The notes: generated from the sequence alone by a model not told the origin. A stretch of 62,094 bases of DNA, filler included, from 5 parts of 5 records of this genome joined end to end with filler, not necessarily neighbours in it; one strand, 5' to 3'. Counted from the whole stretch's first letter, positions 37,225-47,470 are shown. A program made the numbers and translations.

Positions 37225-39702
37225 ATGAACTACATGAGAACACTCCTGACCGCACTTGCCGTCCTCTGCTTAACAACGCACTACGCGGTAGCCGACATTA
37301 ACCTTCTGAAAGAACACTGCGCGAAATGTCATACCGGACCAAAGCCGAAAGGAGACTTCAGCCTGCACGACATGGGCGAGTCGCCGGATGACGAAAGCTC
37401 TGAATTCTGGAAAAGAAGCCTCGACCGAGTCACGCTGGGGGAGATGCCGCCCGCCGAACACAATCGAATGACGGAAGCTGAAACGACGCGACTGTCGGAC
37501 TTCCTGCGGCGCGAGATCACACGGCACGAAGAACACTCGCAGCAACGATTGGCCACTCCGCCTCGACGATTAAACAACCGCGAATTCGAGAACAGTGTCC
37601 GCGATGTGCTGTTGCTGAATCACATCGGCACTCACGACCCGCTGGCAATGCTGCTGGGCGATACGCTACACGATGGCTTTGATACTCATGGCGAAACGCT
37701 CGGCATGAGTGAGTATCACCTGGATCAGTACATCACGGCAATTCGCAATGTTCTGGACAATGTTATCCTCGACGGTCCGAAACCTCACGCCCAACGACTT
37801 GAAGCCTCTGCTGATGATCTGTTTGCGATCGCCCAGGGCAATGGAAAACGGTCCGACATCACGGTCCGCACCCGCCACGGCGTTGAACTGCGTGATCCGA
37901 GGCAGCGAATCTATTGTCGTCCCTTCGAAACGGTTCCTGAGGCAGGATTCTATCGCATTTCGTTCCGGGCTCGAGGCCTCGACCGTCATGTCTATTCACA
38001 GGAGCGCACCGGAGTTCACGACGACGACCCAATGGTCCTGCGAATGCATCTGGGCAACCATGACGTCGACTTTGAAATGACCGATGGCCAGACGAAGGAC
38101 TTCGAAGTTGAAATGTGGTTGGCCAAGGGGACGCCAATTCAGTTCTCTCACCTGACCGACGGCCTGCGATTGATTGGCAACGGGAACTTCAAGTTTCAAA
38201 ACCGGATTGCACACGATTACATCAAGCAGCACGATCCGCAGTTGTACCAGCGAGTCGTTCGCGAGGAGGTTCCGAAGGCTCGATTCCGCAGCGATGCCCC
38301 TTCGCATTGGGTTCACTGGGTGCCGTACTGGCAAGGACCGCGCCCCGCGATCGAGTCAGTTACCATTGAAGGCCCTTTTTACGAGTCATGGCCACCGGTG
38401 CGGCAGGTCGCTCTGCTTGGAGAATCCCCATCCGTCAAGGACGCCGCCCGCATTCTGAAACCAATCGCTGAGCGTGCATGGCGGCGACCCGTCACGCCTG
38501 ATGAACTGAGCCCGCTTGTCCAGCTTGTGCAGTCGCAGGTTGATTCGATCGGCGAAGTGCCCGCACTGAAAGAAGGCATCGTTGCGATTCTGGTCTCGCC
38601 GTCTTTTCTGATGATCAATCCGGAACAGTCTACGCCTGAGATGCGATTCGCGACCAAGCTCTCCTTTTTTCTCAGCAGCACAACACCGGACAATGAACTT
38701 CTCGCCGCGGTCCGTGACGGGAAGCTGGATAGCTTTGAAGCAATACGCAGCGAACTGACAGAACGTATCCAGGACGGGCGAGCGGATGAACTCCTCGAAA
38801 CGTTTCCTTACTCCTGGCTACAACTGGACCGCATCAATTTCATGTCGCCCGATGTGGACCGATACCCTTTGTATGAGAAGAAGAACGTCAGTGAGGACAT
38901 GGTCAGCGAGGTGCGAGCCTTCTTCCGCCACGCGGTTCAGAACAACCGCCCGGTCCCCGAACTTCTCACGGCCGACTATTCGTTCGTGAACGCTGATCTC
39001 GCCCAGGTCTATGACTTGACCGATGTACCAAGCGATTCGGTGCTGCGAAAGTACACGTTTAAAGATGGTCGTCGCGGAGGCTTTCTGGGCATGGGAGCGT
39101 TCCTGACGCTTACCGCCGACACGCTCAGCACGTCACCAATTCATCGTGCGGTCTACGTGATGGAGAACTTCATGGGTATTCACCCGGCACCTCCGCCAGC
39201 GGACGTTGAGATTACGGAGCCCGACATTCGCGCGGCCAGTACGATTCGCGAGGTCCTGCAGGCACATCAGACGGACTCCACGTGCGCCGCTTGCCATCAG
39301 AACATCGATCCCTTTGGCTACGCTTTCGAAAACTTCGATCCAGTGGGGGCGTGGCGAGACAACTATGTTGCGTTCGTGCCAGCAACCCAATCAGACGGCA
39401 ACAACAAAAGGCGGCTACAGCGCCTGTCGACCGTCGAAACACCGATTGACGCTTCAGCAACATTTCTAAGTGGAGCACATTACCAGGACATACATCAGTT
39501 CCGAACGCTGATGCAGACCGACGCCAACCAGCAGCGCTTTGTCCGTTGTTTCATCACCAAATTGTTGACCAACGCCAACGGCGTCGAGCCTGATAATTAC
39601 ACGGAAATTGAAGCCATCCTCAAAGAATCCGCTGCGCACGATTACCGAATCCTAGAAACGATCACCGCCGTCATTGACAGCAAGCTCTTCCGAGAACAAT
39701 AG
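37225..39702 (+). CDS. DUF1592/DUF1588/DUF1587/DUF1595 planctomycete cytochrome c-type protein
   Basis: Signal peptide, CAKCH, RRLNNREFENSVRDVL, RAWRRP, ILVSPSFL, KLSFFL...PD.EL, RRGGFLG, TSPIHRA and CAACHQNIDPFGYAFENFD. Confidence 0.93.
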   Translation: MNYMRTLLTALAVLCLTTHYAVADINLLKEHCAKCHTGPKPKGDFSLHDMGESPDDESSEFWKRSLDRVTLGEMPPAEHNRMTEAETTRLSDFLRREITRHEEHSQQRLATPPRRLNNREFENSVRDVLLLNHIGTHDPLAMLLGDTLHDGFDTHGETLGMSEYHLDQYITAIRNVLDNVILDGPKPHAQRLEASADDLFAIAQGNGKRSDITVRTRHGVELRDPRQRIYCRPFETVPEAGFYRISFRARGLDRHVYSQERTGVHDDDPMVLRMHLGNHDVDFEMTDGQTKDFEVEMWLAKGTPIQFSHLTDGLRLIGNGNFKFQNRIAHDYIKQHDPQLYQRVVREEVPKARFRSDAPSHWVHWVPYWQGPRPAIESVTIEGPFYESWPPVRQVALLGESPSVKDAARILKPIAERAWRRPVTPDELSPLVQLVQSQVDSIGEVPALKEGIVAILVSPSFLMINPEQSTPEMRFATKLSFFLSSTTPDNELLAAVRDGKLDSFEAIRSELTERIQDGRADELLETFPYSWLQLDRINFMSPDVDRYPLYEKKNVSEDMVSEVRAFFRHAVQNNRPVPELLTADYSFVNADLAQVYDLTDVPSDSVLRKYTFKDGRRGGFLGMGAFLTLTADTLSTSPIHRAVYVMENFMGIHPAPPPADVEITEPDIRAASTIREVLQAHQTDSTCAACHQNIDPFGYAFENFDPVGAWRDNYVAFVPATQSDGNNKRRLQRLSTVETPIDASATFLSGAHYQDIHQFRTLMQTDANQQRFVRCFITKLLTNANGVEPDNYTEIEAILKESAAHDYRILETITAVIDSKLFREQ

Positions 39703-39780
39703 TTCAGCAGCATTGGCGACGGGAACTAACCTCCTTGTTGAGTAACAAGAATGCCGACGGAAAGAAACGCAGCGACGCCG

Positions 39781-40893
39781 ATGGCTGACAGATACTTCTC
39801 AGAGGAGAAGGTTTGTTGGTTGGCTGACAGGTTCAAGAATGCGTGGGATGGTTTTGATAGTCCCAAGTTCAACTCCGACGTTATGGGAACACTGTATGAT
39901 TGCACGCTCAAGGATCGGATCTCGCTGATTGCCAGGTCGCTCGACGAACAACTGCCTGGAAGATTTGATCGAGCCATGCGGATTCTTGTCAAGGCTTTGC
40001 CACCGCCGCTGAATCCGACGCTGAGGGATGATGATTTTGGAGACTTCATTATCGCTCCACTCGGCGAAGTCGTCGTTTCTCGCTCTTCGATGATGGACAA
40101 TGTCGAGAAGCCACTTCAGGTGCTTCGTGAAGTTACCAAGCGGTTTACGATGGAATGGGCACTTCGCCCTTTCATCAACAAGAACCCCAATCAGACTCTC
40201 GAAATCTTGTCCGGTTGGTGTGATGATAAACACTATCATGTACGTAGGCTGGTCAGCGAAGGTACTCGTCCGAGACTGCCATGGGGCAAGTCGATCAGTA
40301 TGGATCCACTTCGAACAATCCCGCTGTTAGAACGCCTTCACGCAGATCCGACGCGTTTTGTGACGCGTTCCGTAGCCAACCACCTGAACGATCTCAGTCG
40401 CATCCATTGTGATACGGTCGTAGAACTGCTAAGAGACTGGCATCAACGTCAGGAGCAACAGTCTGGCGAGTTGCTTTGGATGACCAAACATGCGATGCGG
40501 ACGTGTATCAAAGATGGAGATAGTCGTGCGATGCAACTGCTTGGTTATCGCCAGCCTCCGAACACACGATTGAAACGATTGAACTTGCCGGCGAATAGGA
40601 TTTCAATGGACAGGGATCTAGTCTTCGAAGTTGCACTTAGTTCGAGCGAAACGGAACCAATAATCGTGGACTATCGCATCGACTTTGGTATCGACGGCGA
40701 GCGACCACGCTCCAAAGTCTTCAAGCTAAAGACATTCTCGATCGAGGCCAACGAGAAGGTCGTTTTGCAGAAGCGGCATCGAATGAAATCGAACGCTACG
40801 ACTTTTCGTCTTCGCCCCGGCTCGAACCGTCTGACGATCTTAATTAATGGCGTGCAAGCCAGAGAGGCAGTTTTCGAATTGATTGACACGTAA
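39781..40893 (+). CDS. DNA alkylation repair glycosylase, HEAT-repeat type with C-terminal Ig-like domain (AlkC-like)
   Basis: TKRFTMEWALRPF, HVRRLVSEGTRPRLPW, FVTRSVANHLND and C-terminal IVDY.I.F...KVFKLK...TT..L.PG...ILING. Alternative start at 39751. Confidence 0.88.
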   Translation: MADRYFSEEKVCWLADRFKNAWDGFDSPKFNSDVMGTLYDCTLKDRISLIARSLDEQLPGRFDRAMRILVKALPPPLNPTLRDDDFGDFIIAPLGEVVVSRSSMMDNVEKPLQVLREVTKRFTMEWALRPFINKNPNQTLEILSGWCDDKHYHVRRLVSEGTRPRLPWGKSISMDPLRTIPLLERLHADPTRFVTRSVANHLNDLSRIHCDTVVELLRDWHQRQEQQSGELLWMTKHAMRTCIKDGDSRAMQLLGYRQPPNTRLKRLNLPANRISMDRDLVFEVALSSSETEPIIVDYRIDFGIDGERPRSKVFKLKTFSIEANEKVVLQKRHRMKSNATTFRLRPGSNRLTILINGVQAREAVFELIDT

Positions 40894-41117
40894 CACTGTA
40901 CCACGTCTGGGCTGCGAGCGGCGGTTCGAGGTGGGGTCAGCTTCATTGCAAGCCTCTTAGGTCGTCGTACAGTTTCGACATCGCGGCTGATGGGTGAACT
41001 GCTCGTTGGCACTAAAAAGTGGGGCACTGCTAGCTGCTTACTCGCGACATACTACAATTTGGCCTCCGGCTGTGTCGGTACGTCCAAATCGAACCAACTG
41101 ATCCTAGTGAGACAATT

Positions 41118-41432
41118 GTGATCCTTCCTGCAATCGTGACGGCCATTTTCGGAGCATTTGTCATCTCTGGTGGGATCATGGGATACGCCAAAGCCAAGAG
41201 CAAGGCGTCGCTTATCGCTGGCGGCATCACCGGTGGGCTCCTCCTGCTCGCAGCATTCCTAATCGCTCAGGGCATGATCGCTGGTGCCATTCTCGGACTG
41301 CTGGTTTCGTTGCTCTTGATTGGCCAATTCGGCCCTTCGCTCCGGACGAAGATGAAGGTCATGCCGAACCTAGTCGTAGTCATCCTCGCAATCATCACCG
41401 TCGCCACCCTTGTTCTCAGCTTCTTCCAGTAG
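41118..41432 (+). CDS. TMEM14-family small membrane protein
   Basis: GGIMGYAKAKSKASLIAG motif, four hydrophobic helices and K.MP near the C-terminus. Confidence 0.85.
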   Translation: MILPAIVTAIFGAFVISGGIMGYAKAKSKASLIAGGITGGLLLLAAFLIAQGMIAGAILGLLVSLLLIGQFGPSLRTKMKVMPNLVVVILAIITVATLVLSFFQ

Positions 41433-41547
41433 TTCTACTTCCCGAGGCGAGCCACCCACGCCGCCACATGCTTCAGCTACAGCTTTTGCTCGCGACTTCA
41501 GATGCATCTGCGAACGAGCATAAAGATCAGCAGGACAGCGATGAAAA

Positions 41548-41633
41548 GTAGCAGGCACACTCCGTGTGCCGTAGCCGTGCTATCTGATTTCTGGGCCAGC
41601 GGTAAAAAGTAGTAGGCACACTCCGTGTGCCGT
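41548..41633 (+). repeat. Pair of GTAG-type REP elements
   Basis: GTAG(C/T)AGGCACAC-TCC-GTGTGCCGT at 41548-41572 and 41609-41633, each with a perfect 7-bp stem, between convergent genes. Confidence 0.85.
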
Positions 41634-41694
41634 CACTTTGGTTCGCGGCCCAACAGTTCGAATTCTGCTGCAGAACTTCCTTGGCTTCCGCCTC

Positions 41695-44600
41695 CTACTT
41701 ACCTGATTTGAAGGCCGCTTGAAGATCAGCGAGGCGGGCCTTCAATTCGGAGAATCTGTTTTCCGCTTCCTGACCCGGTGCTTGATCTGCTCTACTCACC
41801 ATATTGTAAAGGTAGGAGATCTGGCTAGCGAGTTTCGGTTGAGGGTAGATAATATCAGCCGACTTTACTTCACTGAGTACATCGTTAACCAATGCTAGGC
41901 GAGCTTCTTCTTGTGGTGAAAGTGCGTCGCCTTTCTTACTAAGCTTTTTCTGCTCATCGGTGACCTGCTTTTCGAATCGGCGAACTTCCGAGATTAGATC
42001 AACGACTTGCAATTCAAAATCCACCTGCGCATCAATGTCGTCGAGGGTTGTGCCTTGGTTGAGTACCCTTGGGTCGACAATCAGCTCGAATGATTGTTCA
42101 GAAACGGTGCTACCGGCAGTCAGCTTCAACGTATAAGTCCCAGGCTTGACTAGCGGGCCTCCACGAAAACGATAAGCTGGATTGTTGGTCCAAGGTCCAA
42201 AGTGTGACATGTTCCACCGGAATCGATTCACTCCAGATTCAGTTGTCAACGACTGGTCAACAATCACCCGCGTTTGACTCAGGTTCATATCCGTGACTTC
42301 TTTGTCCTCAACTCCTTTACCGCCCGCACTCTCGTACGAATTCACTAATTCTCCGCTTGCATCAAATACTTCAAGCTTAATGGCTTCAGATATTCCGTCG
42401 GGCAGCAAGTAGTCAATGATCACTGATGGCGATGGATAATCGGGGACACCGCGTCCGCGATAGACCGTGCGATAGCGAATCGTATCTTTCGGCTTAAACA
42501 ATATTGCTTTGTCAGCGGTTGTCTGAAACGCGTCTTGCCGCAGTGTGGATATGTTGTCGAGGACCCAGAATGATCGTCCCATGGTCGAAATCGCAAGATC
42601 ACCGCGAATGATCTTCAAATCGGTTACGGGCGTTACTGGCAAGTTCTGCTGAAACTCTCTCCAATGAACGCCGTCATCAAGCGAAACGTACATGCCGGCC
42701 TCGGTGCCAGCGAAAAGCAATCCCGGTCGAACAGGATCTTCCCGAACGACTCGTGTCGGAACGTCCTCGGGAATTCCATTGGTACCGTCGGTTAAAAGCT
42801 TCCAGTGAGCACCAAAATCTTCTGTCTTGTAGATGTATGGTCTCCAATCTCCCAACTGATAGCGCAGGACCGCGATGTAGGCTTTCGCGGCGTCGTGTGG
42901 CGAGGGCTCGACGGCATCAACGCGTCCACCAGGTGGCAAACCTCTAGGCGTTACGATTTGCCAGTTCTCGCCATTGTCCTGAGTTACGTAAACTGGCCCA
43001 TCATTGGAACCGGACCATATAACGCCTTGCTGAACAGGTGACTCGCGCAATGAGTAGATCGTACTGTAGTATTCTTCACCGGTAATGTCCCTTGTGATTG
43101 GTTCGCCTGATATGACTTGCTTGTTAGCCTCGAATGCTGTTAGGTCCGGCGATATGGTTTCCCAAGTTTTGCCATCGTCCGTAGTTCGGTGGACGTATTG
43201 GGACGCCATGTAGACGACATCCGGATTGTGTGGCGACACATGAATCGGCGCAACGCGTTGAAAGCGGTACTTCAGATCACGAGGATTATGGCCGTAAATA
43301 TTGGAAGCACCGACGTGGTATCCCTTCTCGATACCGAGTCGTTTATCAAAGACGAAGAACCGGCCTTTGCAATTCGCATAAACAATGTTGTGGTTACCAG
43401 GTTTAGGAACAGCCGGGCCGGTTTCACATCCACCGGTATTGACGATCCAAGCTGCGGTGTGCTGCACGCGGTACGGAGGCATGCTAGGAATGGCAATGGT
43501 GGTGCTATTATCCTGTTGTCCCGCGTACAGCCAATAAGGGTATTGATCATCGACTTCCACCTGATAGAGTTCGGCAGTCGGTTGATTGAACTGTGTTGAC
43601 CAGGTTTTTCCGCCATTGTGAGTAACGTTTGCGCCACCATCGTTGCCTTGCACGAACAGGTCCGTGTCCTCCGGATTGATCCACATGTCGTGATTGTCAC
43701 CATGCGGTGTACGTAGACTACTCCAAGTCCTGCCACCATCGACGGATTTCAGGTTGCTTGTAGCCATCGAATAGACGATGTCGGGATTCTTTGGATCGAC
43801 ATCGATATTCGTGTAGTAGAAAGGACGCGTACGAATCGCGGATGTGTTGGAAACCAATTTGAATGACTCCCCCTGGTTGACCGACTTGTACAGTCCACCC
43901 GCCTCGCCAGGCGCTTCAACGAGCGCGTAAACGACTTTCGAATCAGCGGCACACACCGCGAGGTCCATCTTGCCAATCAACCCTTGCGGCAGGCCTGCTG
44001 TCACTCTCTCCCAGGTCTGGCCAGCGTCGACTGATTTGTAAAGGCCACCTTCTTCTTGTGTTCCACCTGAAATGATCGTCCATGGCTTTCTCTCCGCTTT
44101 CCATGCCGTCGCGAAAACGATGTTCGGATTGCCTGGCAACAATTCTATATCAGAAAATCCAACGGTATCGGAAATGAACAGCACGCGTTCCCACGTCTTG
44201 CCGCCATTGACCGTTTTGTAAACGCCCCGTTCTTCATTCGCGTTGAACGCTTGGCCAATCGCAGCAACCCAGACGACGTTGTGATTGGTGGGATCGATTT
44301 CCACTGCGCCAATATGTCCTGTGTTTCTCAGGCCAATGTGTTCCCAAGACACTCCGCCGTTAATTGACTTGTACATACCCTTTCCGGCGATGACATTACT
44401 TCGCAGACCGTCCGAACCGGTGCCTACGTAAACGATGTTCGCGTCGTTCTGCGCAACGGCAATGTCGCCGATGGATGGCGTTGCAAAGAAGCCGTCCGAG
44501 ACATTTTTCCAGGACAGACCATAGTCTTCTGATTTCCAGACGCCGGATCCAGCCCCACCGAAATAGAATGTCGAACGGGCAGCCGCTGTGCCGGCAACCG

Positions 44601-44727
44601 CCGTGACTCGGCCGCCGCGTGAGGGGCCGATGTTGCGGTATTCGAATTGACTGAAGTCTTGCGCGAGCAAAGACGTGGCGATCAAAGCAATCGGAATACA
44701 AAACGAAAGCTGAGCTAACGATTTCAT
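41695..44727 (-). CDS. VPS10/sortilin-like BNR-repeat beta-propeller (putative glycosyl hydrolase)
   Basis: Signal peptide from ATG 44727, RNIGPSRGGRV, and many S.D.G.TW Asp-box repeats (KSEDYGLSW, KSINGGVSW, KSVDAGQTW, TTDDGKTW). Confidence 0.9.
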   Translation of the reverse strand: MKSLAQLSFCIPIALIATSLLAQDFSQFEYRNIGPSRGGRVTAVAGTAAARSTFYFGGAGSGVWKSEDYGLSWKNVSDGFFATPSIGDIAVAQNDANIVYVGTGSDGLRSNVIAGKGMYKSINGGVSWEHIGLRNTGHIGAVEIDPTNHNVVWVAAIGQAFNANEERGVYKTVNGGKTWERVLFISDTVGFSDIELLPGNPNIVFATAWKAERKPWTIISGGTQEEGGLYKSVDAGQTWERVTAGLPQGLIGKMDLAVCAADSKVVYALVEAPGEAGGLYKSVNQGESFKLVSNTSAIRTRPFYYTNIDVDPKNPDIVYSMATSNLKSVDGGRTWSSLRTPHGDNHDMWINPEDTDLFVQGNDGGANVTHNGGKTWSTQFNQPTAELYQVEVDDQYPYWLYAGQQDNSTTIAIPSMPPYRVQHTAAWIVNTGGCETGPAVPKPGNHNIVYANCKGRFFVFDKRLGIEKGYHVGASNIYGHNPRDLKYRFQRVAPIHVSPHNPDVVYMASQYVHRTTDDGKTWETISPDLTAFEANKQVISGEPITRDITGEEYYSTIYSLRESPVQQGVIWSGSNDGPVYVTQDNGENWQIVTPRGLPPGGRVDAVEPSPHDAAKAYIAVLRYQLGDWRPYIYKTEDFGAHWKLLTDGTNGIPEDVPTRVVREDPVRPGLLFAGTEAGMYVSLDDGVHWREFQQNLPVTPVTDLKIIRGDLAISTMGRSFWVLDNISTLRQDAFQTTADKAILFKPKDTIRYRTVYRGRGVPDYPSPSVIIDYLLPDGISEAIKLEVFDASGELVNSYESAGGKGVEDKEVTDMNLSQTRVIVDQSLTTESGVNRFRWNMSHFGPWTNNPAYRFRGGPLVKPGTYTLKLTAGSTVSEQSFELIVDPRVLNQGTTLDDIDAQVDFELQVVDLISEVRRFEKQVTDEQKKLSKKGDALSPQEEARLALVNDVLSEVKSADIIYPQPKLASQISYLYNMVSRADQAPGQEAENRFSELKARLADLQAAFKSGK

Positions 44728-45348
44728 TGGCAGTTTCTCATTGTTGTTCAAGATCGCGACATGACTTACCGTTTCACACTCTACCCTATCATTCTGACTA
44801 GCCAGTTTCGGTCGGACAAACAATTATTCTGCGAAACTATTGGGCGTTCGGTTAGTGACCGCATCTTCGCTTCTCGTCGGGCGGAAGATAAGCCCCTCTC
44901 TAGACTAGCAGGCCTATCCCGTCGGCAGTTCGTGAAACTGGCAGGCGCGCTCCACCGTGCCGAACCCCAGTTGAATGCAAAGAGGACGTCACATCGGCGC
45001 GTGCCTGCTACTGAGGGAAACCGTATGATTGAGTTGTTCGGGAGCTGCATGGGAATACTGTTGGTTTGTAGCGGCGATATGACGGCGTACCCGTGGAGTG
45101 CATCTGCATGTTACGGCGTATGACCGGCTACGCTCCCGTCAGGCGGCAGTGCTCAACTACTGAAAGGTTTGAAACGCGTTCACAAGCGAGCTGGTAAGAG
45201 CCCAATGCCGTATGAGACTCTTCCGTTGAGGAGGTGGGTTGCGGAGCCTTTGGGTGCGATAAGACCTGATTCTACGGTCTTTATGCCCATCGGCAGCTGC
45301 TTGCCCGACAGCCTCCTAGAGTTTGGGATCTCCGGCGGCGGGTGGTGT

Positions 45349-45357
45349 TGGTAGAAT
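45349..45357 (+). promoter_or_regulatory. Candidate extended -10 promoter for darTG
   Basis: TG-G-TAGAAT about 70 nt upstream of darT. Confidence 0.35.
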
Positions 45358-45428
45358 TTGACCGAACTGTCTAAAGGCGCGAGACTCGAATCGGCCTAGA
45401 GGCCAACGTGAATAGCCGGTATTAAGCG

Positions 45429-46046
45429 ATGAGAGAGCGTCGAATATTCCACATTACGCATTTGCAGAATCTGCCATCAATTTTAGCTGCTGGTGGATTG
45501 TGGAGTGATGCCCAGCGTATCGCTCAGCAGCTCAATACTACGAACATTGGACACTCCCATATTAAGGCACGAAGACGCGAGCGGCCGGTAGCGACAGCCA
45601 GTGGAGGAATGCTAGGCGATTACGTCCCTTTCAACTTTTGCAGTCGTTCGGTGATGCTTTACGTCATCCATCGGGGTTCTGTTGAAGGCTATGAGGGTGG
45701 GCAAGAACCTGTTCTTCACTTAGTGTCGTCAGTTGGTAGAGCGGTAGATTCTGGAAGGCCTTGGGCATTCACGGACCGGCATGCAGAGCTTGCATACACC
45801 AAGTATTTTGAGTCGCTTGATGAGGAATCGAATGTTGATTGGGATGTTATGCCAAAGCGGATGTGGAGCGAGGAGCAAACCAAAGAAAAACGGCAAGCAG
45901 AGTTCCTAATACACGACTTTTGCGGTTTTGGCGTATTTGAGGAAATAGGCGTAATGACTGAAGAAATGGCTGAGCAAGTTCGAGCCTTGCTCCAGGGCAC
46001 CGCTTTTTCTCCTCGTGTCTCGGTTCAGAGATCGTGGTATTATTAA
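45429..46046 (+). CDS. darT: DarT ssDNA ADP-ribosyltransferase toxin (DUF4433)
   Basis: IFHITHLQNLPSIL..GGL, DYVPFNF.SRSVMLY, WAFTDRHA and KRQAEFLIH (catalytic Glu). Immediately upstream of a macrodomain gene. Confidence 0.94.
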   Translation: MRERRIFHITHLQNLPSILAAGGLWSDAQRIAQQLNTTNIGHSHIKARRRERPVATASGGMLGDYVPFNFCSRSVMLYVIHRGSVEGYEGGQEPVLHLVSSVGRAVDSGRPWAFTDRHAELAYTKYFESLDEESNVDWDVMPKRMWSEEQTKEKRQAEFLIHDFCGFGVFEEIGVMTEEMAEQVRALLQGTAFSPRVSVQRSWYY

Positions 46047-46065
46047 GGGATTCGTAAAGGGAAAC

Positions 46066-47118
46066 ATGATCGAGAAAACCACGGGAAACCTTCTAGAAGC
46101 TGACGTCGAAGCCCTCATCAATACGGTGAATACCGTTGGAGTGATGGGCAAGGGGATTGCCTTGCAATTCAAGAAGGCGTTTCCGGAGAACTTCAAGGCT
46201 TACAAGAAGGCCTGTGACGCCAAAGAGCTCGAGCCAGGGCAGATGCTTGTTGTTGAGACGCATGAGTTGCCGGGAACTGCGAAGTACATCATTAATTTCC
46301 CAACGAAACGGCACTGGCGTGGAAAATCCAAGATGGAGGATATCGACTCCGGCCTGGTCGCACTTGTTGAGGAAATTAAGAAGCGAAACATCACGTCGGT
46401 AGCAGTACCGCCTCTTGGCTGCGGCAATGGCGGCTTGCGGTGGAGTGAAGTGTTTCCAAGGATAGAGGCTGCTTTTGCCGAACTTCCTGATGTAAGAGTG
46501 CTTGTTTTCGAGCCAGCAGGGGCACCTTCTCCTCGAAAGATGCTCAATAGAACTGAGCGGCCAAATATGACTCCGGGCCGTGCAGCAGTTCTCTGCTTAA
46601 TGAATCGCTATTCGGTACCAGGGTATGTTTACCGCTTGTCGATGCTTGAGATTCAAAAGCTGGCTTACTTTATGCAAGTCTCTGGCCAAGCACTTCGACT
46701 GAAATTCCAAAAGCACCATTACGGCCCATATGCCGATAACCTCAGAAAGGTTCTTGAGCGAATCGATGGCCACTATATCGAAGGCTACGGAGATGGCGAC
46801 GGAACAAATTCTCCAGAGACACCCATAACCCTTCTTGCAGACGCAGCTGATGAGGCTGAGTCGTTTCTAGAAAAAGACGAAGAGACTCAAGAGCGATTTG
46901 CACAAGTTTCAAAACTCATCGAAGGGTTTGAGACACCCTACGGCATGGAACTTCTTGCCACTGTTCATTGGGTTGCATCGGAAAACCCCAAGGCGAGAGA
47001 AGATGTGTCTCAGGCTGTTCGCGATGTGCACGCCTGGAATGCTCGCAAGCGAGATCTTATGCAGCCCGCTCATATTGAGACTGCCTGGAATGTGCTTCGT
47101 ACTCACGACTGGCTCTAG
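46066..47118 (+). CDS. darG: DarG macrodomain antitoxin (DNA ADP-ribosyl glycohydrolase)
   Basis: GNLLEADVEALINTVNTVGVMGKGIALQFK, IINFPTKRHWR, PPLGCGNGGL and C-terminal EIQKLAYF...YGPYA...GFETPYGMELLATVHW. Confidence 0.95.
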   Translation: MIEKTTGNLLEADVEALINTVNTVGVMGKGIALQFKKAFPENFKAYKKACDAKELEPGQMLVVETHELPGTAKYIINFPTKRHWRGKSKMEDIDSGLVALVEEIKKRNITSVAVPPLGCGNGGLRWSEVFPRIEAAFAELPDVRVLVFEPAGAPSPRKMLNRTERPNMTPGRAAVLCLMNRYSVPGYVYRLSMLEIQKLAYFMQVSGQALRLKFQKHHYGPYADNLRKVLERIDGHYIEGYGDGDGTNSPETPITLLADAADEAESFLEKDEETQERFAQVSKLIEGFETPYGMELLATVHWVASENPKAREDVSQAVRDVHAWNARKRDLMQPAHIETAWNVLRTHDWL

Positions 47119-47148
47119 AGGGGCTGGGGATCTCCTCGCTGAATTCGG

Positions 47149-47470
47149 ATGAAATACGCATACGAAGACCTAAGTGACCATCAGTTTGAGCAACTCGTAG
47201 AGTGTATCTGTCAGGATGTACTCGGTTTAGCGGTAATGGGATTCGCGCCCGGCCCAGACGGAGGAAGAGACGCACGCTTTGAAGGGGATGCAAACGAATA
47301 CCCAAGTAGAACCTCACCATGGTCTGGAAAGACCGTGATTCAGGCAAAACATACAAACGGTATCAACAAGAGCTTTTCAGAGTCGGATTTCTTTTCAGCA
47401 GAATCTCAGGCAACCATAGTTGGTGAAGAGCTTCCAAAGATCAAGAAGCTTAAGGATGACGGAGAGCTAG
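47149..47470 (+). pseudogene. 5' part of a restriction-endonuclease-like (Mrr/PD-(D/E)xK) effector gene, Lamassu LmuA/ABC-3C-like, interrupted by an IS
   Basis: YEDLSDHQFEQLV..IC...G...FAPGPDGGRDARFEG...VIQAKHT (D...QxK nuclease motif). Protein-like sequence stops at GEL, where an IS end begins. Confidence 0.7.

Noticed and set aside
44728-45428. ORFs 44761-45123 and 45169-45354 upstream of darT
   Set aside because: No recognisable motifs or ribosome-binding sites; probably non-coding island boundary sequence.
39781-47118. AlkC-like glycosylase as a partner that repairs DarT lesions
   Set aside because: It is 4.5 kb away and separated by unrelated genes. DarG already reverses the modification, and there is no evidence of linkage.
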